Shown: positions 52,582 to 64,000 of the stretch, in pieces
Position numbering within the stretch: the stretch's first letter is position 1
How the letters are laid out: each line of letters opens with the position of its first letter
NCBI GenBank assembly: GCA_030704615.1
Contig: CM060731.1
Location: forward strand, 14,570,001 to 14,634,000
Direction of reading: 5' to 3'
DNA from: Takakia lepidozioides
Taxonomy: Eukaryota > Plantae > Bryophyta
Length of the DNA stretch: 64,000 bases
Program-made: the position numbers and the translations under genes
Notes under the pieces: model-generated
The model's input: the letters and a program-made list of their open reading frames with translations, nothing else
Told to the model about the DNA's origin: nothing
Database searches by the model: none

Positions 52582-54027
52582 GTCAGCGTCGAAGGCGAGA
52601 GCTCCCGCGAGAACTCCAGAGAGAGCTCCGGAGAGACTCCAGAGACAAGAGCAGATCCGCGGGCAGGAGCGTAGAGAGGGTAGAAGAAAAGGCAGGAGGG
52701 AGATGAGGAGTGAAATCGACGCGTATAAATACACGGGAGAGAGGCATGGATGGATGTCTACATTAAACATTCATCCAGTTGCTACCTGCCCTCGTTGCTG
52801 GGCCTAACTACATTGAGGGACGCTGGTCCGTTTGCAGTGACCCCGTCCCTCTTGGATCTCTCGTCTTGAGCACAACGTGGATCCGAGAGGGTCGTTTGTA
52901 TCGTTAGGCATTCTCGACACAGGAAAGTTGTGAGAAGAAAGCAATGGAATGTTTGGGCTAGATGAGCTTCACGCCCATCCGGAATTGGCCTCATTGATTT
53001 CTCTCTTCTGAAGGAGGGCACTTACTGGTATTTCACACCCAAGCTGGAACGGATCTTTTGTTTTCTTGGAAATTATGTCTGTATTTCATGCTGATGCTTA
53101 TTGAGTCCCTCCTTTCTCTGATTATTTCTCTCGCTATAAAGTCTCTTTCTCACGTACATTAGCTCAAAAGTCAGCTTTCTCTCGTTTGGTATATGGATCG
53201 TGCACTTTATACTTCATTCTCTCTTCTGCACTAGGGCTTTACAGTTAGATATTTCTTTTCCCACCATCATGAGTAATGTATAAAAGCCATGAGGTTGGTG
53301 AACTTTCGTTCTTGCAGTAACTTGATACTTCTCCAGTTCTGTGCACGGGACTTACAAAGCCTCGTGTTGTGATTATTTAACACTTTCACATACTGGTTCT
53401 GCTCGACTCTGTTGTCACACTGAATCTTCTAGTGTCTAGGTTGATTGTCTTTTCTGATATTGTGGAAATTTTGAACACGGTTTTATAAGCAAAAAACTGT
53501 TCATAGTGTGCTGAGTATAACATTGTTGTGAACACTAAGTTTGAAATCTCTGGAATGGAACCAATAGAGCCTGTTTGTGTTGGAGCTTGGTGGTGTGAAG
53601 TGTGAAGGGATTGTGGTGCATTTGCAGAAATACCAAAAAACGCAATGATGTCTATTCCATATTCGTCTGTGTGTTCCTGAGTAGCTTCATAACATTCTAT
53701 ATTTTCCATTCAACCTATTGTCACATAATTGTTTTCTTGTCCTTCGCCTGTGTCTTAAAAAAAGGGCTTTTTCTATTTTCGGACCAACAGTCTACCTTAT
53801 GACTGGGGTATGGTATATTATATGAGTTCCAAGACAAATTACACTAAACTGCCCTTGAAAAGGAATGTCTTATGAAACTTTGTAAACAAAAACTGTTGAG
53901 ATTTATACATGTTATCTATCCTAACAGGGCAATGGAATGGCTTTCTACTTATTCTCTAAACACAGCGAGATCACATACAGAGATGCATACAATCTATGCA
54001 GAGCAGATTGACAGACCAGAGAGGAGG

Positions 54028-57000
54028 ATGGGGGAAGAGATCCAAATGATGGTGAATTACTATGTGCGGATGGGATATGGCCATCACATTCAATTTCTCT
54101 GCGCACAACACCTCCTCAAGCGTCCCCGTGATGCTCCTCTCCTCTTCTGGCATGTTAGTAGCTTACGCTTCCCCCTTTCCCCTTCTCTCTATAATTATCC
54201 AAAGTGCCTGGGAGCCCACTTCCGTGAGGCATTCTGCATTTGTGCCAACACTGAGTAGATTTCTGGCTTTGTTTCAGTTCAGTAGTTATTTTGTTCTGTT
54301 TCGGTTCTCCATCTCTTGGGGCCTCCCAGGGACGTGATAAACTTGATAAAATGTCCTTGTATGGGGGGTGGCTTCAAGCATAGCCTTGAGCCATACGGCT
54401 TGTTGTCTTTATGCTAATATAGTGGCTTTGTCCAGGAGCCCTAGTGGGGGGGTGGAATCAGAATTTAAAGTGCCCACCTTGATGTCAACAACAGATGAGT
54501 TCAAGTTGAGAGTGGTAAGAATGAACGAGACAGGGTAAGTATGTAAAGGCCAGACTTCCTTGAGAAGTCAGTTGAGGGATTGAGATGACGAGTAGTAACG
54601 CCACAGGTGAAATGCTGTTCAAGTGAAGGAGCTGCAGCAATGCTTGACAGCCTGTGATTGACAAAATGGGAAGGAAGATGCTTTTCATCTATAGCAAAGA
54701 TGGTTTTCACATGTACAAGTTTGCTTGCATGGTTGGGTGGAATCAGGCATACGGAATGATGCTGGAAGGGTGCTACTCAGAGGCATTGCGAAACATGGAG
54801 AGGCTGGAGGAACAGAGGGAGCTTGAGGTTGCAGTGTTTGCTGCCATGCTCCATGCTCATCAGCACTGCCGAGTTGTGGACGGTGATGAGGTCCATAGCC
54901 TGCGTAAACGGCTTGAGCTTGCTGAAATAAATGCCTCTGAGAGGGCACTTCTGCTCGCTGCAACTCTGTATTGGCACCTTGGGGGCACCGACAATCTGCA
55001 GAGGGCTGCAGAGCTTATTGCCAGGTAGCTTTGTTGTTCCTTAGCCAGATCTCTTTGTATTGAGAGGATAAAATTGCACTATGGCTCCAATGTTGTGAGA
55101 AGATGGTTCTGCTTGCTTGCTGATGCTGGTGATTTGCATTCTGGCTTTAAAATTCACATTCCAACCCTGTTTGCAATACTGGCCCTTGGCTTTTGATTTA
55201 TATGTGACCTGCTGAAAGACATTATTTGATCTAGTGTATCTGTCAAGGAGACTCCTCGTGCACTTCCCATTTATCAAATACATGCAGCTTGTGGTGAAGA
55301 CTTGTAATGTTTATACTTGAATGTAACATCACATTGACAGTGGAACTGATCAAAGGCTGAAAGCTGAACAATCGACAGTGAGCTCTTAACTTTACATTCT
55401 ACTCCATCTACCATAGTAAGGGTACAGCAATTCAGAAAGGAGAAGATAATGGAGGTGTAAATGCATGCCAATGCTTCCTAGGCACCCATTACAAAATTAC
55501 CGTTTGGAACGATGTCACATTAGTTGAAGCACCCAGCTAACTATCAGCTAACAAAAATGTCTATGGGGTGGGTGTATTCTCTCTCAGTCACTTACAACAT
55601 GCTTCTCTCTTTGTGTCAGATTGCTCAAATGACTACCAAGTTCATAACGTGATATACCTTATGATTCTTGGGGCAGCGGGTTGAGGGTGAATTGGACTAT
55701 AGTCTCCTCTTAGTACCTGTCTCTTTCTCTCTGATAAACTGCATTGCAGTGCTCAAATGTCTACCTTTCATTGTGTAATGAACTATAAGACAGGGGGCAG
55801 AGTGTTGAGGGTGCAGCCACACTATGCCCAGGCTCAGTGCCTGCATGCTTGGCTAGGCCTGGCAGGCAGCCTTAGTTGCAGTGATCAGGGGAACCATGAC
55901 AATGTTGTCAATTGGAGTAGTGCTGAGGCAGCTCTGTGCACATTCGATGAAGTTCTGGCCAAAGGAAGTTTCATAGATGCTCTCCTAGGGAGAGCCTTCT
56001 TCTATGAACTTAAACAAGACTATGCCAAAGCTCTTGAGGAATTGAGCCAGGTGATTCGCAATGCACATTTAGGTAGCTTCTTGGACATTAGTTGTTTGTG
56101 CAGTTGTGAAAACTGAAGGGACAATTGTCATTTCTGACTGGAAGGCATTACAAGTACATTCCATGTGGAACATGTGGCTGGGCATCTCTACCCTGCCTCA
56201 GTCCACCAATATCAAAAAAATTCTACAGCTCATACAAACATCTTGGCAGCTTTCATCTGGTTCCTGACGAGATCCAGAAATGTCTGTGAGTACCCTCAGT
56301 ATTGGGTACGATCGAAATCTAGTAATAGATCAGTAACTAATTGCACTGCACTATGAGGCTCTGCTCACCTCAACCTGAAGTGGTGTTAGGCGTTAATTAT
56401 GGTTGATCTAAGGGCTCTACTGATGGCTTGGTGGCAGCTTGAGAGTGTCACTGATGGTTGTTAGCTTGGGACCAGGTGATAGTGTTGCACCCATGGTTCT
56501 TGCCAGCCCTATGCGAGAAGGCGCGCTTGGCAATGCTGATGCGTGACTGGGATCTTGTCCAGGAGACAGCTCAGCTTATCCTTCAGAAGGTAGACCCAAT
56601 TGTCCACTTTGCTCAATAAATTGCCTCAGTCATGACACATCAATCCTTGTGCTGAATGATGTCGTCATGGTTTCTCAGGAGTCCAACAATATTGAGGGAC
56701 TGCGTCTGACCATACATGTAATGCTGTGCACTGAAAACAACATGTCTGCAGCAGCCACACATCTTACTGATATTCTCAGAAGCATTGAGCTGCAGGAACC
56801 CAGAAATGCTGATCTCTGCCTTCAAGGTAAAGTATAACAACACCCACATCAGTACATCCCATTGTCTTGATTTTTGGGAACAGTTGAGTGAGGTGTAACT
56901 TCTCTGGGGTTGATGCGATTATGTTGATAGGTCATGTCTGGGTGAAGGACTAGCTGCTTGCTACTTATGCTGAGAGAGATCAGTGGTGGACCCCGAATCC

Positions 57001-60000
57001 TCCTTTTCTTCCAAGGAGGTTAATCTAAATGTTGTGTTCAAAGGGAGCGAGAGGGTTCAATAAGCCTTGAGGCCCGTTTCCAGGCAGCACGACTCTACTA
57101 ATTGCAGGCAGGACACCTGATAGTATGTGTTCAAGACTATGGGGTGTTTGGAATTGGCAGTGGCGCAGCCTTCTGCAAGACTGGCAGGAAGAGGAGGAGC
57201 TGTGGTGCTACAAAAGACAATGGCTCTCATTGAACGGGCTCGCAGACTGAAACCGCAGGAGGCTATCTTAGCTATTGAACTGGCTGACCAGCAATTCCTT
57301 GTAGGGGACTTCAAAACCGCTCTATCCACTTACAGGTATGTTTGAGAGAGAGAATTTGTCTCTCTGTAGCACTCCACAGTGATGAACCTACCAGAAGGGC
57401 AATGAATTGATACTTATAACGTCCACAGAAAGCTCAAAGAACTTCTGTGACAAGACAAAGCATGAGGCAAGAAATGAAATGAAATGGTGCTTTATAACGT
57501 CCACGGAAAGCTCATAGAGCTTATGGGACAAAATGGAAGGAAGAACATGAGAGAAAATAGGAAAACCAGAGTCAGAGAAAAGAACTATTGTTCGAGTGAT
57601 TGTCTAAGGGTGAATGCCTCGTGCAGGTAGGCTGCCAAACATTTCTGATCCTCGTAGTGGAAGGCTTCAGTGAGAGATTGGGTTCCACGGAATAGACAAT
57701 GGAATCTCCCACGGATCTCATAGTATAGGGGGCAATAAAGAAATGAAATGAAATGGTACTTTATAACATCCGCGGAAAGCTCAAAGAGCTGATGGGACAA
57801 AATGGAAAAAACATGAGAGAGGAAACAAAACCAGAGCCAAAAAACGGCCCAAAAGCAACTACTGCTCAAGGAATTGTCTAAGGGTCAAGGCCTCGTGCAG
57901 GTAAGCTGCCAAGCATTTCTGATCCTCATTGTGGAAGACTGCAGTGAGAGATTGAGTGCTGCGGAATAGACAGTGGAATCTCCCACGGATCTCATAATAT
58001 AGAGGGCACTAAAAGAAGAAGTGTTCTTCAGTCTCAATTTCCTGGTTGCGAGCTGGGCATAGGTGGTCCTCCCGTTGGAGGTTTTCCCATCTGCCAGTCT
58101 CTATCCATAGATTGTGGGAGCCCACCCTGAACCGCCCCAATGCCCTCAGGAGGAAGGAGATAAAGGCGCCGAAAGGTAATTGGGCCGAAAGATTCTATCA
58201 TCACAGAGAGCCAAGATTGTCTCTCGATAGAACTGGAGCTTTGTTGTGAGATTGGGTAGCTTCCGAGTTTCCTGACATGTAGTTCCATAAGTTCCCTTCT
58301 AATGAGTGTGTGCGATCCTGTTTGGATATGAAGGAGAAAGGAAATACAAACAAAGATTACAATAGGAGGTCAAAGGGCCCATGGGCACTCTGAAAGTACA
58401 AGAGAAAACCACCAAGAACACATCACACCCTCCAAAACTTGCTTTGGTGACGGAGTGCCTCATGATGGTGAGCTGCTAAGCTCTAGTCTAAGTAGATCAA
58501 GCGTTCTCTGGGCAGAAATCCCAGACTAGGCAAAGAGTAATAGACATGTCAATGCATTACTGAGTTCCTCATGGATCCAAGCACTGTCAGCGGGTATGAT
58601 TTTATGGTCAACTTATTTGCTTGCTTACGGGCATTTGAGAAGAGATGTCTTACCTAAACTTGTCTTTATCCAATCAAGAAATGAAATAGAACAGGCCTAT
58701 AATGCCTATTAAAGAATTAAAGCATAGGTTGGCAGCGCTGCTGGATGAGCTGAACATGGAGGCCGTGTATGGTGCCATTCAGTGCTTGCTTGTCCTTGGG
58801 GAGGTTGACGAAGCTGAGCAGCAGCTTGAGTTCTTGGTTGAGGTCTCCATCTCCACTGGCAAGTCTGCCAGTCTCTCCTATCTCATGGCCCAGTTAACCT
58901 GGACGAAGCACAAAGACCATGGCAGGTGTCAGGACCTTCTTGATGAAGCGATCAACGTCCATTCCAAAGTATGAAGTGAATTTTGTAAGGGTTCTTGCAA
59001 AATTTTACAAGAGATAGATCTAAATCACCACTGACCTGGTCCACACACCTAAGGAGAAAAGAAAGCATTACTAAAGTGGCTGTCAGTATGCCAACTGTGT
59101 TCTAAAGGTAGAGGACTATTTCAGTGGATTCTTCCGTTGGATTCTTCAGTTTCCTGTGTGGATGTCTGTGGCACAAATGCTGGGAAATTGTCTTCCGATG
59201 TGATAATTATGCGGACACATTGAACCATTGCATTCTCCATCTCTACTTGAGATTAGTGGCTTCCAAAATATTCAATATTCTGCAAGAACGTGTAAGCTCA
59301 GGCTCCAGTGGTGTAAGTTGGTATAAATGTCATCCTTAGCTCACATGAAAATTCATGCACCTGGGCTCCACATAATCCTGTCAAACCTCCACCATCGTTG
59401 CAGGCCATGAGACCAATCCATGACTACCAATTCTACACCGAGTTGAACCCTGATAGGCTACTTGGAATCGTGCACCTCTACATAACACTATCAAGATATG
59501 AATGCAAAGGGCCTCATGTTGAGAAAAGCTACTCATTGCTGCGCTGTGTGAGCATTCTGGAGCAGCTCCTATCTTTTGCACCAGCACTGGTGGGTGCCCA
59601 GCTCATGCTTGCCCGAGTTCTGGTGCACTTGGGGGAATCTGAGGCTGCCCAACGGAGCCTTCAAGCTGTCCTGGTTCTGGACTCTGGTTGTGCCAGTGCC
59701 CAGCTTTTACTTGCACAGGTTACTATCCATTTCTCGAAAAATTGCTGTGCTGTTGTTCAGAAAGGAAGTTCACAACTATTCCTGGCAACTGGCAATTGAT
59801 CTTGTTTCACCCTCTTTTAACCGAGAGGAGAAAGGTGGATACTGCTAGCATGGAGTTTTCATTTCATGAAATGACAGTACAAAGATGGGCTTTGCTCTAC
59901 AAATTAAATATAGCCTCTCCGGAGTAATCATGATTTTCTTACATGTAGGTGTATGTGGATCAAGGAAAATATGAAATGGCAAAGCAGAGCCTGGAACAAG

Positions 60001-62328
60001 CCCTCAGTGAAGATTTCATTGTGCGAGAGACTGTAGCTTACCATGTCCTGCAGGCTCAAATTTTGGTCACTTCTGTACAATTTGATGACGCTCTACAGGT
60101 GCCTATCTGTGATTGACTGTGGTTGGGAAGAGATTGAGATTGTGCGGGTGGCAGAGAGAAGGGCTTTCCGAAGGGGCCTGCAGTCAGGGGGTTACATAAC
60201 AAGGGCGTATAGAATTTTATGTACTCTTAACATCCGAGATACCAAATTCTGGAGGGTAAATTAATCAATGAGTCTGCGTCTTCCTCTTAAATAGCTGAAA
60301 ATCTGGGAATGATCTTGTGTGCAGGTTCTAGAGGCTGCCTTGTGTCTGCCTGGAATGAGGCGGGTAGCGACAGACTCACAAACATCATATTATAGCTGCA
60401 AAAAACATGTGGAGACAAGTGATGCTGATCGAGTCATGGTTTATTTGCTATTAGCTGAAGTCCACATGCAGTTCGGCCACTTTCCAGAAGCCACAAAGAC
60501 AATTCAGGATGCGATGAATGAGTTCTCTGGCACCCCGGAAGAGGTGATGAGATATTCCCCTCTCAGATTAATGGATAGGAACATCCAACAGCATGTGTAA
60601 GCCTTCAGTGAGCAAGTGAGGGAGAGTCCATATCCAATGACAGCAGATGGCTAGTTTGGTCCAGTTCCTTGGAGGTGAGCGCTCATAGATTGGAACCTGC
60701 AGGTGCAAGTAGTCATAGCCAACTGCGACCTTGCATTAGGGAGAGGAGATGTGGATGCTGCCCTTGCTATGTTAACCCAGGTACTCCATGGGAAGATGAC
60801 TTTAACCCATATTTGTTTCCATTATTCTCCAATCAGTGATATTGGCTGAGATTGGGCATCTCCAGTGGTCTAATTCCTCAATTTTCAGAGATGCTTGGTA
60901 ATGACTTTTGATGTTGCATTTGTTTGAGCATCTATCATTGTGCAAATTTCTTACTTTTGGACAAGGGAAGTTCGGTTGAAGAACAACAAAAGAGTGCTGT
61001 GAGTTTGTCTAGCTTGTTTCAAGTAGCCACAAGGATTGTGTCTGTACTGCAACATATCTAGGAATTTAAAGATAGCGTATAGATTTTCACTGAATGGTTA
61101 AGAGGCTTACAAAGAGGATAAATATTCATAATTGAAGGATCAAGCTGGCAATGTGACAGGTGCCACCTGAGAGCAACTACTTTGTTCAGGCCAAGGTGGC
61201 CTTGGCTGATGTCTACATGAAGCACCGGCATGATAAAGCTCTTTTTGCAAATTGCTATAGGGAGCTTGTGGATTTGTGTCCAAATGCCAAGGTCAGAGAC
61301 AACATGGCCATCGTCTCCTTCCATCCTCAACAGATCATCTTGTACCACTATGGCTTTCATTATCTGCTACATGTTGACCAATGTGGAAGGGAAGGGAGGG
61401 TACTTTCTTTTTCTTGAGGTTCTGGCTTTAATTAGCATTTATCAGCTCTGATTCAGATTTGATTTGGGAAAATCAGAACACAGATTCATCAAACACTGGC
61501 CAAGTATACAGACTTACGAAAAAGACTGCATTGTCATCCACTAGGCTGGCTGTAATGTATGCCTGAATTTTGTTCTGGATTTTCAAAGACTTTCCCCATA
61601 CTTGGTCTCATGGCTCTCAGGGCCCCCTATGGATATGATTCTTTCTGTCTTTCACACTTGACAGGAAAATTCCAACTAAAAATCCTACTGAACAGATATC
61701 TATTTCAGATGTACATGATGCTGGGCGAGGCTCTTATGAAGATTGATGAATCAGAGCAAGCAATTCGGGCCTATGAGGCAGCTTCCAAGGCAAGCCCACA
61801 AGACGCATTGGTGGCTAACCAAGTGGGGCAAGCACTTGTTACCACACATGACTATGGCAAAGCTTTGGAGCACTATGAATGTGCTCTGCAAAGCATTGAG
61901 GAGGGGTTGCCCAAGCTTGAGCTGCACTATGATCTTGGAGGTATCCTTTTCTGGCGTGTTTTCTTCTTCAATTCTTTCCAGAGAGTTGGGCACAAAAATC
62001 TACAGTTGTTTCTGGAGTTTTAAGACAGACTTATCAGAGGACCCTGGTAGCACAGATTGAAGCCCTTACCTGAGGGAAGGAAAAGGCTACTGTGAGAACT
62101 CTGTCTTTCTTCTACTAACTGATTATTTTGTTGGATGCAGAGCTGTATTTCAAGCTCGAAAACTACCAGAGAGCAGAAGAAGTGCTAAATGAGATGCTGG
62201 CCAAGGTGGAGGATGGGCGTCTCCAAAGAGGTCAGAGAAATGCGAGAACACTTCTGCTTTGTCTCAAGGCATCATTGCTTCTCTCCAAAGTCCAAAACAT
62301 CCAGGGGAAGCATGGTTCTGCCACACAG
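54028..62328 (+). CDS. TTC21B: IFT139 / TTC21B, IFT-A TPR protein; 5' part only, gene continues beyond the window
   Basis: Exons 54028-54153, 54747-55024, 55801-56050, 56476-56589, 56679-56827, 57160-57335, 58728-58969, 59404-59718, 59949-60098, 60325-60543, 60703-60780, 61160-61291, 61709-61940, 62141-62328; VNYYVRMGYGHH..FWHAYGMMLEG, AEQQLEFLVEV..GKSA, EATKTIQDAMNEFSGTPEE, LFANCYRELV, GQALVTTHDYGKA. Confidence 0.92.
57401..58310 (-). mobile_element. Stack of three 3' fragments of a second RTE-X LINE family with (CATTT)n tails, in an IFT139 intron
   Basis: RALGRFRVGSHNLWIETGRW..CPA..EIETEEHFFF*CPLYYEIRGRFHCLF is a typical RTE-X C-terminus; units ~58310-57757, 57738-57488 and 57470-~57410; CATTT tracts at 57739-57756 and 57471-57487, degenerate tract at 57401-57410. 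Confidence 0.85.
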
Positions 62329-62737
62329 GTACAGATTCTGGGTTATTTGGTTGCCCTTATACCCTACCTTGTTGCATTTAGTAAGAGCCTGACTGTTGCC
62401 GAAGGTTACACTCTATTCAACTTGGACTCGTGCGCGTCAAATGTCGCATTTTGAAGCATTCTGCCAAGATAGAAACAGCAGTATCTCTCTCCCAGGGACA
62501 CTTGTACTTCTTAAGAGATTCCTAGTCCTCGGCAGAAGCCTTCAGCTATGGGGACACTGTTGCTCGCGCATTTGTGAGGGTGGGATTAGATTTTGCGGGG
62601 TGGGGACATACGGCTTTACGTTTGTAAGGTTTTTTCTTAAGGTTTTCCTAGAGTTGGGAGTGTAACTCCACCTTTGGAAAAGGGGCATTTCACCCTCTTG
62701 AGTTCAGTGTACTGGCCTTTGCCCAAACTGCCCTTAC

Positions 62738-62774
<37 letters not shown>

Positions 62775-62777
<3 letters not shown>

Positions 62778-63929
62778 TCCTACACTTACCTGGGCGTTGA
62801 GTTCTCCTCCAATTGTAATTGGGATGCACATATCCGGAAAGTTGTTCAAACTGGCAAGGGCAAAGCTCTGGGGCTCACTAAATTTTTCCACTGCAGAGGG
62901 GTCAACTCTGAGGTTAAGAAAACCATGCTTTGTCGCGTTATTAGACCTGCCTTGGAGTACGGATCTGCTATATGGGTTGATAACTCCAACCAGGCTAAGT
63001 CTCTAGAATCCATTCAAGTGGGGGTGCTTAAGGAGTGTATGTCAGCATGCTCCAAAACAGCCAATGTGGCTGTTCGGGGTGAGTTTGGCATTCCGTCCTT
63101 AAGCTCCCGACGAGATGAATTCAAGGTCAGATGGTGGGGTCAGCTGCAACATATGCCCAACACCAGATATCCTAAATTAATCGACTCTATATCTTGGAAA
63201 CAGGACCGCCCTGTCAAACAGGCTAAGTCCTGGCAGAAGAGAGTAGAAGAGATCCTCAAGGACCTGGACCTGGATCCGCAAGTCTTGACCCTGCTAGATA
63301 AATCTGACTTAGAGGCTGTAGTGTCCTCAGCCATGTCTGTTGCCATGAGATTGTCTGATGAAAATGAAGTTAGGCAGAAAACTTCCCTGAACTTGTTTCC
63401 AGTCTGTGACATGGGGGAGGACATCTTGGATGAGCTCAAGGGTCTACCCACTCTCGGCACTAGACTGAAATTTAAACTCAGGGCAGGAAGCCTACCTTTG
63501 AACAGCAAACAGAAGCAGAGAGGAAAGGGAGAGTGCAATTGCCCGTTGTGTGGGCAATCTGAAGACAGTATTCATTTTCTGATACACTGTCCGGGGTTCT
63601 CTCACCAAAGAGACGCTCTCTTCAAATCTATTAAGGGAATTGTGCCTGTACCCCTGTTTACCAACTTTGAAAGTCTCGAGGCTGAGCCAAAAGCCCAGGC
63701 CCTCCTGAGGCCTAGTTTTTGGGCAAATCACACACAGCAGATTGATGCTTGTGTGAAGGGATTTCTAGAGGATATCTGGAAAACCCGGATTAATTCTTTA
63801 TATGGAGGTAAGTCTTACTACCAACGTCAGCCCCTGACAGAGGTAGGTTCTGTCCCTTTTGTTCCCGCTCAAACTGGGCGCGGGGTCAATGGCCACAAGG
63901 CTACGGCAAACAACGTCTTATGAGTACAA
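62775..63929 (+). mobile_element. Young 5'-truncated LINE family 1 copy inserted in a (TC)n tract in an IFT139 intron
   Basis: Near-identical to 17393-18543; open frame to TGA at 63923; (TC)n at 62742-62775 and 63930-63943. Confidence 0.95.
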
Positions 63930-64000
63930 TCTCTCTCTCTCTCCTTTGATTCAGTTCCTCGGGACCTTCTCTTCCAACGGCTCCATAGAGTGGAAGTCCC

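Noticed and set aside
63820-63930. Hammerhead or HDV ribozyme at the LINE 3' end
   Set aside because: Only short hairpins; no CUGANGA..GAAA core in the right geometry and no nested pseudoknot evident

Overview
This is eukaryotic, intron-containing plant nuclear DNA. Plant-type genes (HDR1-like, ABC1K2-like) occur together with the ciliary gene IFT139/TTC21B, which suggests a flagellate-sperm lineage such as a bryophyte, lycophyte or fern (inference). Host genes reconstructed by eye from splice signals: NSE3/MAGE (-), intronless prefoldin 3 (+), ABC1K2-like kinase (-), HDR1-like (+), an OTU-like uncharacterised protein (-), SYS1 (-), and the 5' part of IFT139/TTC21B (+). A GDPD1-like pseudogene is split into complementary pieces on opposite strands. 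The main accessory signal is two distinct RTE-X-like LINE families that build head-to-tail stacks inside introns, with units joined through the microsatellite at their own 3' ends: (TC)n for family 1 (5 units in an ABC1K intron) and (CATTT)n for family 2 (3 units in an IFT139 intron). Other candidates are a tandem pair of pre-miRNA-like hairpins at 52.2-52.6 kb and a cluster of seven AACGG (MSA-like) motifs upstream of the OTU-like gene. All homology calls come from recalled family motifs, not database searches.
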